Counted from the first letter of the stretch, positions 29,595 through 40,433 are shown. The stretch is DNA of 64,000 nucleotides from Faecalimonas sp. (GCA_020024645.1 JAHHTN010000002.1:1008-65007), one strand, 5' to 3'. Made by a program: numbers and translations. The notes: generated by a model from the letters alone, not told the origin.

Positions 29595-30131
29595 TTATTG
29601 AAATTCTGGTTCAATTAGACCAAAGGAACCGTCTTTACGTTTGTAAACTACGTTTACCTGTTCTGTTTCTGCATTGCTGAATACAAAGAAATTATGTCCT
29701 AATAAATCCATTTGCATACAAGCATCTTCAGGAAACATAGGTTTGATTCCGAACCGTTTTGTACGAACAATTTTGATGTCGTCAGATTCAGAGGTGCTAT
29801 CTTCCGATTCGAAAAATGCTTGGTTGAAATTGCCACCTGCTTGATGTCTTTCCACTAATTTGTTTTTATATTTACGAAGTTGTCTTTCGATAACCTCTTC
29901 AACCAAATCAATGGATACATACATATCATTGCTTACCTGCTCCGAACGAATAATGTCTTTTTTAACAGGAATAGTGACCTCAATTTTTTGACGATCTTTT
30001 TCTACACTAAGTGTTACAATAATTTCCGTGTCAGGAGTGAAGTATCTTTCTAATTTTCCGAGTTTGTGCTCGATGGTTTCTTTTAAACCTGGTGTTACCT
30101 CAATATTTTTTCCGCTAATAATAAAATTCAT
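29595..30131 (-). CDS. hpf: Ribosome hibernation promoting factor (long form)
   Basis: GKNIEVT, KLERYF, DMYVSID, IERQLRKYK; C-terminal KPMFPEDACMQM...VVYKRKDG. ATG at 30131 after AGGAG. Confidence 0.95.
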   Translation of the reverse strand: MNFIISGKNIEVTPGLKETIEHKLGKLERYFTPDTEIIVTLSVEKDRQKIEVTIPVKKDIIRSEQVSNDMYVSIDLVEEVIERQLRKYKNKLVERHQAGGNFNQAFFESEDSTSESDDIKIVRTKRFGIKPMFPEDACMQMDLLGHNFFVFSNAETEQVNVVYKRKDGSFGLIEPEFQ

Positions 30132-30186
30132 GCTGTCCAACTCCTTTTCGATATATTGTACAAAAGATAGTTTGTACTATGTACAT

Positions 30187-30215
30187 ATTATACATAAAAT
30201 CAAAAGGAAATGCAA
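30187..30215 (-). promoter_or_regulatory. sigA promoter for hpf
   Basis: Minus strand TTGCAT, 17 nt, TATAAT, with extended TG. Confidence 0.75.
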
Positions 30216-30275
30216 TAAAAAGAAAGATAAAAATATTAAAAAAAAATAAAAGACTGACAATTGTGTGTCTGCAGT

Positions 30276-30887
30276 TTATTTGATAGACCGAATAACTTCA
30301 ACACGGGAAATTTCGCCTTTATGCATCTTGGCAACACGAAGTCCTAGATTAGAAAAATAAGCACATGCACCAACACCAATATCCTCATGGTGTTTTTCAA
30401 GTTGGCGAATGATTACATCTCTTAGGGTATCTCCTTCTTCAAAAGGAATACTTACATGAATTAGACGATTGACAAGAAATACTTTTTGTGTTGCGCGAAA
30501 AAGTATTTTTTCGGATTCATCGAATTCGCAGAAAAGGAATTTTCTTGTTGCAAATAGAACGGCAATGGCGATTACACCAATAAGACTGTTTAGCGAAGAA
30601 TTATGTTCTATAATAACCTGTCGTGCAATAGCGAAAAGTAGAACTTCAAAAACAGTTCCAGGTCTGTGGGTATACACCATTCGAATCAATTCAACCCCAA
30701 TAATTAGATTAAAGCAGTTTTTCAATAAATCTTCGTAGTTTGGAGAAACTTCTAAATTAGGAATGTGAATTAAATCTAATGTAAGCCTTGCGGAGAGTAA
30801 AATAATACCAATGGCAAGGAGAAAAGCAATGAATAGTTCCAGTGCGTTCGCAAGTTTCTTTAAAATTGCAGATAAATATTTTGTCAT
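30276..30887 (-). CDS. PsiE-like membrane protein with C-terminal CorC/HlyC-like domain
   Basis: IGVELIRM and EVLLFAIARQVII TM motifs; the C-terminal ~80 aa (VNRLIHVSIP...DTLRDVI...LRVAKMHKGEISRVEV) resembles the transporter-associated domain. Confidence 0.6.
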   Translation of the reverse strand: MTKYLSAILKKLANALELFIAFLLAIGIILLSARLTLDLIHIPNLEVSPNYEDLLKNCFNLIIGVELIRMVYTHRPGTVFEVLLFAIARQVIIEHNSSLNSLIGVIAIAVLFATRKFLFCEFDESEKILFRATQKVFLVNRLIHVSIPFEEGDTLRDVIIRQLEKHHEDIGVGACAYFSNLGLRVAKMHKGEISRVEVIRSIK

Positions 30888-30912
30888 AAAAAGCCCTCGC
30901 TTTCTTTTTCTT

Positions 30913-31830
30913 TTATTCTATCGAATTTCCACTTTTCTGTAAAGGATATTTCTGTATTTGGCTAAAGCAGTATGGATAGATAACAAGAATCCAAAGTACG
31001 AGAATAAAATATTCGACCATTTTCGCGAAAATGTTATTTCCTATGAAGTAGGAGAGGACTAATTTTATAAGAAAAGTAATGGAAAGTCCTACAATCACTT
31101 TTAAAAATTGTGTATAAATATGTTTAGTTTTGACATCAAATGCTAAATAAGTTTGCTCTATATACCAGCCAAATGCAAAACCGATACCTGCACCACAAGC
31201 TTTTAAGCAGTCTGAAGCATATTTTTGCGAAATTTTTCCAGATTGCAATAAAAGGAGTGCGTATATAGAAATAAGAATAGCAATGCTAGTTAGACAGAGG
31301 AAAATATATTTCTGATAGTCTTTTTTATCTAATAAAACAGAGGAAAAGTGGGTGATTAACCATGCAAAAAGTAAGGAAATTCCCATAGAAACCAATACGT
31401 CTTTTGGAGTATGTACGCCAAGATACATACGTGAAAATCCTACAAGTAAAAAGGCACATATGCAGCAGAAAGACATAATTCGTTTTTTAGTATGCAAGGC
31501 AAGTGGAGCGAAAAGGGAGGTAGCTCCTTGGGTATGTCCACTAGGAAATGAATATCCGGTGGCGGCTGGAACAGCACTTTTTACAGGATGAAAATTTGGA
31601 TCAAGTATCCATGGTCTAGGTATGCGAAAAGTGATTTTTAAGGTTTGTACACAAAGTCCGGCAGTGAAATAAGTGAATCCTAATATATAAGCAAAGCGCT
31701 TATTTACACACCAGTAAAGTGTGCAAATAAACGCAATGATTAATAATTCTTGGCCAAAATAAGTGATAAATTGAAAGAAACCATTTAAAAGAGGAGAACG
31801 AATCCCCTCAAGAAATCTTAAAAAGTTCAT
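30913..31830 (-). CDS. PAP2 family membrane phosphatase
   Basis: KITFRIPRP, SFPSGH, SRMYLGVH..D motifs. Confidence 0.9.
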   Translation of the reverse strand: MNFLRFLEGIRSPLLNGFFQFITYFGQELLIIAFICTLYWCVNKRFAYILGFTYFTAGLCVQTLKITFRIPRPWILDPNFHPVKSAVPAATGYSFPSGHTQGATSLFAPLALHTKKRIMSFCCICAFLLVGFSRMYLGVHTPKDVLVSMGISLLFAWLITHFSSVLLDKKDYQKYIFLCLTSIAILISIYALLLLQSGKISQKYASDCLKACGAGIGFAFGWYIEQTYLAFDVKTKHIYTQFLKVIVGLSITFLIKLVLSYFIGNNIFAKMVEYFILVLWILVIYPYCFSQIQKYPLQKSGNSIE

Positions 31831-33653
31831 TATTTTATTCCTCTTTTTCTCATTTTAGAATCTAGAATTTTTTTGCGAATACGCAATGTTTTTGGAGTTA
31901 CTTCCAGTAATTCGTCTGTGTCAATAAAGTCTAGAGCTTCTTCTAAACTTAAAATACGAGGAGTTGTTAATTTTAAAGCATCATCAGAGCCTGAAGAACG
32001 AGTATTTGTTAGATGTTTTGTTTTACAAACATTTAATTCGATATCTTCAGCCTTTCCATTTTGCCCAATAACCATACCGGAATAAACTTTTTCGCCTGGT
32101 CCAATAAATAATGTTCCTCTTTCCTGGGCACTGAACAGTCCATATGTTACAGATTCACCTGTTTCAAAAGCGATAAGAGAACCCTGTTTACGATATTGAA
32201 TATCTCCCTTATATGGGGCATACCCTTCAAAAGATGTATTTAAAATACCATTTCCCTTTGTATCTGTCATAAATTCGCCACGATATCCAATAAGTCCTCT
32301 AGCTGGAATTGAAAATTCTAAACGAGTATAACCGCCGTTTGATGCTCCCATGTTTTGAAGTTCACCTTTTCGTTGACTCAATTTATCAATAACTGTTCCT
32401 GTAAATTCATCAGGTACATCAATATAAGCAGTTTCAATAGGTTCTAATAATTTTCCATTTTCATCTTTTTTGTATAATACTTCTGCTTTACTAACAGCAA
32501 ATTCATATCCTTCACGACGCATATTTTCAATTAATACGGATAAATGAAGTTCTCCACGTCCTGATACGCGGAAACTGTCAGCACTTTCAGATTCCTCCAC
32601 ACGAAGACTTACATCAGTATTTAACTCTTTGAAAAGACGTTCTCTTAAATGGCGAGAAGTTACATATTTTCCTTCTTGCCCAGCAAAAGGACTGTCGTTT
32701 ACAATAAATTGCATAGCAATAGTTGGTTCGGAAATTTTCTGGAATGGAATGGCAACAGCATTATCTGGTGAACAAAGTGTATCTCCGATAGCAATATCAG
32801 AAATTCCGGAAATAGCAACAATTGAGCCAATACCAGCCTCTTTTACTTCAACTTTGTTTAAACCGTCAAATTCATATAATTTACTGATTTTAACTTTTTT
32901 CTGTTTATCAGGTTCGTGAGCATTCACAACAACCATATCTTGATTTACAGAAATTGTACCATTATCAACTTTTCCTACACCGATACGACCAACATATTCG
33001 TTATAATCAATTGTACTAATTAAAACTTGTGTATCTGCGTCTGGATCGCCTTCAGGAGCAGGAATATAGTCTAAAATTGTTTCAAATAAAGGAACCATAT
33101 TTTTAGGGTTATCTGTCAAATCCAAGATGGCGTGTCCGGCTTTAGCGGAAGCGTAAATAAATGGGCAGTCTAATTGTTCGTCTGAGGCATCTAAGTCCAT
33201 GAAGAGTTCTAAAATTTCATCAATAACTTCATCTGGACGAGCTTCTGGTCGGTCAATTTTATTAATACAAACGATAACAGGAAGTTGTAATTCTAATGCT
33301 TTGCGAAGAACGAATTTAGTTTGTGGCATAGCGCCTTCAAAAGCGTCTACAACAAGAATAACACCGTTTACCATTTTCAATACACGTTCTACTTCTCCAC
33401 CAAAATCGGCATGTCCAGGTGTATCAATAATATTGATTTTTGTGTTTTTATAATATACGGCAGTATTTTTAGCAAGAATGGTAATACCACGTTCACGCTC
33501 AATGTCATTAGAATCCATAACGCGTTCTGCGACTTCTTGATTTTCGCGGAATACACCACTTTGCTTTAATAATTCGTCAACAAGAGTTGTTTTACCATGG
33601 TCTACATGGGCAATAATAGCAATATTTCTTATATCTTCTCTTTTGGTTTTCAT
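31830..33653 (-). CDS. typA: Translational GTPase TypA/BipA
   Basis: AHVDHGKTT, ERGITIL, DTPGH, NKID, GRGELHL, C-terminal LEEALDFIDTDELLEVTP. Confidence 0.97.
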   Translation of the reverse strand: MKTKREDIRNIAIIAHVDHGKTTLVDELLKQSGVFRENQEVAERVMDSNDIERERGITILAKNTAVYYKNTKINIIDTPGHADFGGEVERVLKMVNGVILVVDAFEGAMPQTKFVLRKALELQLPVIVCINKIDRPEARPDEVIDEILELFMDLDASDEQLDCPFIYASAKAGHAILDLTDNPKNMVPLFETILDYIPAPEGDPDADTQVLISTIDYNEYVGRIGVGKVDNGTISVNQDMVVVNAHEPDKQKKVKISKLYEFDGLNKVEVKEAGIGSIVAISGISDIAIGDTLCSPDNAVAIPFQKISEPTIAMQFIVNDSPFAGQEGKYVTSRHLRERLFKELNTDVSLRVEESESADSFRVSGRGELHLSVLIENMRREGYEFAVSKAEVLYKKDENGKLLEPIETAYIDVPDEFTGTVIDKLSQRKGELQNMGASNGGYTRLEFSIPARGLIGYRGEFMTDTKGNGILNTSFEGYAPYKGDIQYRKQGSLIAFETGESVTYGLFSAQERGTLFIGPGEKVYSGMVIGQNGKAEDIELNVCKTKHLTNTRSSGSDDALKLTTPRILSLEEALDFIDTDELLEVTPKTLRIRKKILDSKMRKRGIK

Positions 33654-33943
33654 TGTAAGTTACCTTCTTTCTTTTATCAAAAGCCAGTTGGTTGGCTTAT
33701 TCCCAAATTACAACTTATACAGTTTATCACATTATCATTAGATTACAAGGGGTTTGAAAGAAAAAATACATATACATATTTAACTATTTTTGAATAAGGT
33801 AATGTGGAATTAGAAAAATGTCGAGAAAAGTTGTCGAGAAAAGGCATACGGTTTTCGGGGAAATTTGGTCTTAAAGAGAAAAGGAAAGAATAAGATAGTA
33901 TAGACAAAAAAATACGACGAAGAGGAAGGGAGAATTACAAATT

Positions 33944-34573
33944 ATGTCGGATAAGGTTATTGAAAACAATCAAGTTACAATTATGGGTGAGGTAGTATCT
34001 GAATTTATATTCAGCCATGAGGTGTTTGGAGAAGGATTTTATATGGTTGAAGTTTTGGTAAAAAGGCTTAGTAATTCAGATGACAGAATTCCATTAATGG
34101 TTTCAGAAAGACTTATTGATGTGACACAAGATTATCGCGGAGAATATATTATGGTTACAGGGCAATTTCGCTCGTATAACAGACATGAGGAGGATAGAAA
34201 TAGACTTGTATTATCTGTATTTGCAAGGGAAATTTCTTTTGTTGAAGAAGAACTAGATGGAGCGAAAACAAATAATATTTTATTGGACGGATATATCTGT
34301 AAGACACCAGTTTATCGAAAAACACCACTTGGAAGAGAAATCGCAGATTTATTATTAGCAGTTAACAGACCATATGGAAAATCGGATTACATACCATGCA
34401 TCTGTTGGGGGAGAAATGCGCGATATGCTTCTTCCTTTGAAGTTGGAGAACACGTTCAAGTTTTAGGGCGTATTCAGAGTAGAGAATATGTAAAAAAACT
34501 ATCAGAAGTCGAAACGGAAAAAAGAGTTGCATATGAGGTGTCAGTTAGTAAATTAGAATGTGTTGGAGAATAG
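33944..34573 (+). CDS. Single-stranded DNA-binding protein with two tandem OB folds
   Basis: First OB (NQVTIMG...VTGQFRSYN) and second OB (NNILLDG...AVNRPYGKSDYIPCICWGRNA...GRIQSREY); no acidic DDDIPF tail. Confidence 0.85.
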   Translation: MSDKVIENNQVTIMGEVVSEFIFSHEVFGEGFYMVEVLVKRLSNSDDRIPLMVSERLIDVTQDYRGEYIMVTGQFRSYNRHEEDRNRLVLSVFAREISFVEEELDGAKTNNILLDGYICKTPVYRKTPLGREIADLLLAVNRPYGKSDYIPCICWGRNARYASSFEVGEHVQVLGRIQSREYVKKLSEVETEKRVAYEVSVSKLECVGE

Positions 34574-34576
34574 AAA

Positions 34577-35488
34577 ATGGAATCTATTTTTGTCGGTTCA
34601 GGAGTTGCTTTAGTAACTCCTTTTTGTAAAGATGGAAGTATTAATGTGGAAATGCTAGAAGAACTTGTGGAATATCATTGTGCAAATCAGACAGATGGGA
34701 TCATTGTTTGTGGAACGACAGGTGAATCTGCTACTTTGTCAAAAGAAGAACGATTGCTCTGTATAAAAAGAGTAGTGGAATTTGCCAAAGGGAAAGTACC
34801 GATTATAGCAGGGACAGGAACAAATTGTACTCGAACAACGGTGCAACTATCGAAGGAGGCAGAAAACTGTGGTGTGGATGGTGTGCTTATAGTTACTCCA
34901 TATTATAATAAACCGACACAGGAAGGTCTTATAGCACATTATGAGAATGTTGCGAAAAACATAAAAATTCCAATGATTATATATAATGTAGGTAATCGAA
35001 CTGGTTGTAATATCGAGCCAGAAACGATTTCTTTACTTGCAAGGGAAAATGAAAATATCGTAGGAGTTAAAGAAGCGTCAGGAAGTATTTCACAAGTAGC
35101 AAAAATAGTGGAACTTACAAAGGGGAAAATAGATGTTTATGCGGGAAATGATAATCAAATTGTACCAGTATTATCTCTTGGTGGGAAAGGTGTGATTTCC
35201 GTTTTGGCTAATATAGCACCAAGAGAGGTGCACAAAATTTGTAATGATTTTTTTATAGGAAATATAAAAGAAAGTTGTGCGTTACAATTAAAAGCATTAC
35301 CACTTATACGACAGTTGTCTTGTGAGGTAAATCCCATTCCCATAAAAAAAGCATTATCGTTTATGGGTAAAGATGTGGGGAGTCTTAGAATGCCACTGCT
35401 GGACTTAGGAGAAGAAAAAGGAAAAACATTAGCTCGTATTATGTGTGAATATGGTATAAAATTATCGCAGAAGGTGAAGTATGGTTAA
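34577..35488 (+). CDS. dapA: 4-hydroxy-tetrahydrodipicolinate synthase
   Basis: ALVTPF, CGTTGES, TPYYNKP, IIYNV, GVKEASG (Schiff-base Lys), NPIPIK. Confidence 0.95.
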   Translation: MESIFVGSGVALVTPFCKDGSINVEMLEELVEYHCANQTDGIIVCGTTGESATLSKEERLLCIKRVVEFAKGKVPIIAGTGTNCTRTTVQLSKEAENCGVDGVLIVTPYYNKPTQEGLIAHYENVAKNIKIPMIIYNVGNRTGCNIEPETISLLARENENIVGVKEASGSISQVAKIVELTKGKIDVYAGNDNQIVPVLSLGGKGVISVLANIAPREVHKICNDFFIGNIKESCALQLKALPLIRQLSCEVNPIPIKKALSFMGKDVGSLRMPLLDLGEEKGKTLARIMCEYGIKLSQKVKYG

Positions 35489-36173
35489 TATAATTTTGCA
35501 TGGATGTAATGGGAAAATGGGAAGATTTGTCACTGTGCTAGCGAAAGAGGATGAGGAAGTGGAGATAGTAGCAGGGATAGACCAGCGTGGTGGCGAAGAA
35601 AAAAATTATCCTATATTCAGAAGTTTAAAAGAATGCAAGGTGAAGGCGGATGTGGTAATTGACTTTTCAGATGCTTCAGGAGTAAATGAGCTAGTTGAAT
35701 TTTGTGAAGAAAGCTCGATTCCATTAGTGTTATGTACAACTGGATTATCAGAAATACAGCAAAGAAAGGTAGAAAAGTTTGCGGAAAAAGTGCCTGTTTT
35801 ACAATCGGCTAATATGTCGATAGGGATTACAGTGTTGTGTGAGTTACTAAAGGGATTGGGAGAAAAATCGATTTTTCAAGAATATGATGTAGAACTTATT
35901 GAAAAACATCATCGATATAAAAAAGATGCACCTAGTGGAACTGCACTTCTTTTGAAAAAAGCGATGGGAAAAGAAGAAATTCCTATAGTTTCAATTCGTG
36001 GTGGGACGATTGTGGGTGAGCATCAAGTGAGTTTTGCTGGACAAGATGAAGTGATCGAAATTAAACATACGGCTTATTCTAGAGCGGTGTTTGCTAGAGG
36101 TGCATTAAAAGCGGCAAAATTTTTGATGGAACAGAAAGCGGGATTATACACAATGAAAAATATGATTGTATAA
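35481..36173 (+). CDS. dapB: 4-hydroxy-tetrahydrodipicolinate reductase
   Basis: GCNGKMG, VIDFS, CTTG, SANMS, EKHHRYKKDAPSGTA, IRGGTIVGEH. Confidence 0.95.
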   Translation: MVNIILHGCNGKMGRFVTVLAKEDEEVEIVAGIDQRGGEEKNYPIFRSLKECKVKADVVIDFSDASGVNELVEFCEESSIPLVLCTTGLSEIQQRKVEKFAEKVPVLQSANMSIGITVLCELLKGLGEKSIFQEYDVELIEKHHRYKKDAPSGTALLLKKAMGKEEIPIVSIRGGTIVGEHQVSFAGQDEVIEIKHTAYSRAVFARGALKAAKFLMEQKAGLYTMKNMIV

Positions 36174-36284
36174 AATGGAAAAACTTTCCAAAGTCAAAAT
36201 GTGTATAGAAAAAGCAGAATTGTAAATAGTACTGATAAGAAGAAATTCTTAATGAATCACAATACACAGAAAAGGAGAGTTGAG

Positions 36285-36563
36285 ATGAAACAGGTAAAAA
36301 AGATAGTTGTAGTATTGTTGTGCATATGTACGCTTTTCACAATTGGTTGTGGAACAAAAGAAAATGCAAATGATAATGGAAATATAACTACAAATACGGA
36401 TAAGAAAAATACGGACGGCGATGGGGTTATGGAAGATGTTGGAGAAGGAATAGATAATGGAGTTCGAGATGCTATAGATGGGGTTGAGGACACTGTAGAT
36501 GATGTTGCTGGAAAGAAGCAAAATCACACAAAAAGTAATGGAAATACTACAATGACAAAGTGA
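36285..36563 (+). CDS. Small lipoprotein with 11-residue amphipathic repeats
   Basis: RBS AAGGAG; signal peptide ending TIG-C22; EDVGEGIDNGV / RDAIDGVEDTV / DDVAG repeats. Confidence 0.75.
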   Translation: MKQVKKIVVVLLCICTLFTIGCGTKENANDNGNITTNTDKKNTDGDGVMEDVGEGIDNGVRDAIDGVEDTVDDVAGKKQNHTKSNGNTTMTK

Positions 36564-36573
36564 GTTGAAACGG

Positions 36574-36605
36574 AAAGAGTGGGGCAATAAGCAACACTCT
36601 TTTTT
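36574..36605 (+). terminator. Terminator after lipoprotein gene
   Basis: AAAGAGTG / CACTCTTT plus T run. Confidence 0.65.
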
Positions 36606-36642
36606 GTGTGTTTCTCATAAAGACATTTGTAAGAGAAAATGG

Positions 36643-36671
36643 TTGAATTGACGTATATATAGTGATAAAAT
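36643..36671 (+). promoter_or_regulatory. sigA promoter for secA
   Basis: TTGAAT, 17 nt, TAAAAT, with extended TG. Confidence 0.7.
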
Positions 36672-36736
36672 GGAACATAGTTGGACTTCGGGAAAGAAGA
36701 CCGAAGATTCTTGAATTTTCAAACAAGGAGAAAGAT

Positions 36737-39304
36737 ATGGGCTTATTAGAAAAAATTTTTGGTACACACAGCGAACATGAATTGAAGCGTATTTATCCAA
36801 TTGTCGATAAGATTGAAGCATTAGAGCCAGATATGCAGAAATTATCAGACGAGGAATTAAGAGGTAAGACAAAAGAGTTTAAAGAAAGATTGGAAAAAGG
36901 AAAAACGCTTGATGATATTTTACCGGAAGCATTTGCTACAGTAAGAGAAGCTGCTGTCCGTACATTACATATGAGACATTATAGAGTACAGTTAATCGGT
37001 GGAATTATCTTACATCAAGGACGTATTTCTGAGATGAGAACAGGTGAGGGGAAAACTCTAGTTTCTACATTACCTGCTTATTTGAATGCATTAGAAGGAA
37101 AAGGAACACATATTGTTACAGTTAATGATTACTTAGCTAAGCGTGATGCTGAGTGGATGGGACAGGTACATGAATTTCTTGGACTTACAGTTGGTGTTGT
37201 ATTAAATTCGATGGATAATGATGAACGTCGCGAAGCATATAACTGTGATATTACTTACGTAACGAATAATGAACTTGGATTTGATTACTTAAGAGATAAC
37301 ATGGTTATTTATAAAGAACAGTTAGTACAAAGAGGACTTCATTTTGCAGTAATTGATGAGGTCGATTCTGTACTGATTGATGAGGCAAGAACACCGCTTA
37401 TTATTTCAGGACAAAGTGGAAAATCTACAAAATTATATGAAGCTTGTGATATTTTAGCAAGACAGATGGAACGTGGAGAAGCTAGTGGAGAATTCTCTAA
37501 AATGAATGCCATTATGGGAGAAGATATTGAAGAAACTGGGGACTTTATCGTTAATGAGAAAGAAAAGAATGTAAGTCTTACAGAAGATGGTGTAAAGAAA
37601 GTAGAGAAGTTCTTCCATTTGGAAAATTTAGCAGATCCTGAGAACTTAGAAATTCAACACAATGTTATTTTAGCACTTCGCGCACATAATTTAATGTTCA
37701 AGGATCAAGATTATGTTGTTACTCCTGAGGGAGAAGTTGTAATTGTTGATGAATTTACAGGTCGTATTATGCCAGGACGTCGCTATTCTGATGGACTTCA
37801 TCAAGCTATTGAAGCAAAAGAGCATGTAAAAGTGAAAAGAGAAAGTAAGACACTTGCTACAATTACTTTCCAAAATTTATTTAACAAATACAAAAAGAAA
37901 AGTGGTATGACAGGTACTGCATTGACAGAAGAAAAAGAATTTAGAGATATTTATGGAATGGATGTTGTTGAAATTCCAACAAATCTTCCTGTACAAAGAA
38001 GAGATTTAGATGATGCAGTTTATAAGACAAAAGAAGAGAAATTTAGAGCAGTTGTGGATGCAGTTATAGAGGCACACGCAAAAGGACAGCCAGTTCTTGT
38101 TGGTACAATTACGATTGAAACATCTGAATTATTAAGTAGAATGTTGAAAAAAGAAGGTATTCCGCACAATGTATTGAATGCAAAATTTCATGAAATGGAA
38201 GCAGAAATTGTAGCGCAAGCAGGTGTACACTCAGCAGTAACAATTGCTACTAATATGGCAGGTCGTGGTACGGACATTAAATTGGATGAAGATGCGAAGA
38301 ATGCAGGTGGACTTAAGATTATTGGTACAGAACGTCATGAATCAAGACGTATTGATAACCAGTTACGTGGACGTTCGGGACGACAGGGAGATCCAGGAGA
38401 ATCAAGATTCTACATTTCGTTGGAAGATGATTTGATGCGATTATTTGGTTCAGAAAAACTTATGGGTATATTCAATACACTTGGAGTTGAAGATGGTGAA
38501 CAGATTGAGCATAAGATGCTTTCAAATGCAATTGAAAAAGCACAGAAGAAAATTGAAAGCAATAACTTTGGTATTCGTAAAAATCTTTTAGAATATGATC
38601 AAGTAATGAACGAGCAAAGAGAAATCATTTACGAAGAAAGACGTCGTGTATTAGATGGGGAAAGTATGAGGGATTCTATCTATCATATGATTACAGAATA
38701 TGTGGAAAATCTTGTAGATGCTTGTGTGTCACCAGATTTAGAATCAGATGAGTGGAATTTATCAGAATTGGAAAGAAGTCTTCTTGCTACAATTCCGATG
38801 AAATTTGTTACTCCTGATGAGGTGAAAAATATGCGTCAGAAAGAGTTAAAACACGTATTGAAAGAAAGAGCTGTAAAAGCATATGAAGCAAAAGAAGCTG
38901 AATTTCCTGAAATTGAACATTTAAGAGAAGTAGAGCGTGTTATTTTATTGAAAGTTATCGATGCAAAATGGATGGATCACATCGATGATATGGATCAGTT
39001 ACGTCAAGGTATTGGACTTCAAGCATATGCACAGAAAGATCCGTTAGTAGAATACAAAATGCTTGGGTATGATATGTTTGGAGCAATGACAAATGCTATT
39101 GCAGAGGATACAGTGCGTTTATTATTCCATGTGAGAATTGAACAAAAAGTGGAAAGAGAACAGGTTGCTCAAGTAACAGGTACAAATAAAGATGATACAT
39201 CTGTAAGAGAACCTAAAAAAAGAGAAGAAAAGAAAGTCTATCCAAATGATCCATGCCCATGCGGAAGTGGAAAAAAATATAAACAGTGTTGTGGAAGAAA
39301 ATAA
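36737..39304 (+). CDS. secA: Preprotein translocase subunit SecA
   Basis: [44 protein letters not shown]-terminal [16 protein letters not shown] 36737 after AAGGAG. Confidence 0.98.
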   Translation: MGLLEKIFGTHSEHELKRIYPIVDKIEALEPDMQKLSDEELRGKTKEFKERLEKGKTLDDILPEAFATVREAAVRTLHMRHYRVQLIGGIILHQGRISEMRTGEGKTLVSTLPAYLNALEGKGTHIVTVNDYLAKRDAEWMGQVHEFLGLTVGVVLNSMDNDERREAYNCDITYVTNNELGFDYLRDNMVIYKEQLVQRGLHFAVIDEVDSVLIDEARTPLIISGQSGKSTKLYEACDILARQMERGEASGEFSKMNAIMGEDIEETGDFIVNEKEKNVSLTEDGVKKVEKFFHLENLADPENLEIQHNVILALRAHNLMFKDQDYVVTPEGEVVIVDEFTGRIMPGRRYSDGLHQAIEAKEHVKVKRESKTLATITFQNLFNKYKKKSGMTGTALTEEKEFRDIYGMDVVEIPTNLPVQRRDLDDAVYKTKEEKFRAVVDAVIEAHAKGQPVLVGTITIETSELLSRMLKKEGIPHNVLNAKFHEMEAEIVAQAGVHSAVTIATNMAGRGTDIKLDEDAKNAGGLKIIGTERHESRRIDNQLRGRSGRQGDPGESRFYISLEDDLMRLFGSEKLMGIFNTLGVEDGEQIEHKMLSNAIEKAQKKIESNNFGIRKNLLEYDQVMNEQREIIYEERRRVLDGESMRDSIYHMITEYVENLVDACVSPDLESDEWNLSELERSLLATIPMKFVTPDEVKNMRQKELKHVLKERAVKAYEAKEAEFPEIEHLREVERVILLKVIDAKWMDHIDDMDQLRQGIGLQAYAQKDPLVEYKMLGYDMFGAMTNAIAEDTVRLLFHVRIEQKVEREQVAQVTGTNKDDTSVREPKKREEKKVYPNDPCPCGSGKKYKQCCGRK

Positions 39305-39322
39305 TTAAAAAGAGGTGAAAAA

Positions 39323-40433
39323 ATGGTTGAATTAGACCAATTTAAAAGTGTCATAAATTCATATGAGGAGCCATTAAATGAATTGAGGGATTCACTTTGA
39401 CTTGGAAGGTAAACAGGCTAGGGTGGAAGAATTACAAAAGAAAATAGAAGAGCCTAGTTTTTGGGAGGATACGGAACACTCCCAAAAGGTCATGCGTGAG
39501 TTAAAAGGACTCCAGAGTTTTTTGGAAACAGCAGAAAATCTCTTTATAAATTATGAAGATATTGGTGTGCTAATGGAAATGGCATACGAAGATAATGATG
39601 AAAGTATGATTGGTGAAATCCGTAAAGAAATTCGTCAGTTTGAAAATAATTTTGAGGAAATTCGTATTAATACTTTACTTTCTGGTCCGTACGATAAGGA
39701 TAATGCAATTGTAACTCTCCATGCAGGAGCTGGAGGAACGGAGTCGTGCGACTGGGCAAGTATGCTTTACCGAATGTATAGTAGATGGGCTGAGAAAAAA
39801 GGATTTTCTATTTCGGTGTTAGATTATTTAGACGGAGATATAACGGGGATTAAAACAGTTACATTTGAGGTGAATGGGGAAAATGCATATGGTTATTTAC
39901 AGTCAGAAAAAGGCGTTCACAGACTAGTGCGTATTTCTCCGTTTAATTCGGCTGGAAAAAGACAAACTTCGTTTGCATCGTGTGATGTCATACCAGACAT
40001 AGAAGATGATATTGATATTGAAATCAATGAAGATGATTTGAAAGTTGATACATACAGAGCGAGTGGAGCTGGAGGACAGCATGTAAACAAAACGTCTTCC
40101 GCAATTCGTATTACGCATTTGCCTACAGGAATTGTTGTGCAGTGTCAAAATGAGAGGTCACAACATTCTAATCGTGAAAAAGCTATGCAGATGTTGAAAG
40201 CAAAATTATATTTGATTAAACAACAGGAACAGGCGGATAAAGTTTCAGATATACGTGGAGAGGTAAAAGAAATCGGATTTGGTAATCAGATACGTTCTTA
40301 TGTTATGCAACCATATACATTAGTAAAAGACCATAGAACAAATGTTGAAAATGGAAATGTAACTGCAGTATTAGACGGAGATATAGAGTCATTTATTAAC
40401 GCATATTTAAAGAAAAGAAACGAAGATGAGTAA
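39323..40433 (+). CDS. prfB: Peptide chain release factor 2 with programmed +1 frameshift
   Basis: ATG 39323 gives 25 codons ending CTT TGA C (39395-39401), preceded by SD-like AGGGA (39386-39390); the +1 frame has SPF and GGQ motifs. Confidence 0.96.

Noticed and set aside
36662-36736. N-terminal extension of SecA and other extensions given by the track (panT, lrgB, hprK, MATE, jetC)
   Set aside because: Downstream starts have clear RBSs and match family N-termini; the extensions overlap promoters or upstream genes.
28882-40433. yigZ, hpf and secA-prfB as a relic of the Bacillus comF neighbourhood
   Set aside because: The genes are in different orientations with unrelated genes between them; this is ordinary synteny decay with no functional claim possible.
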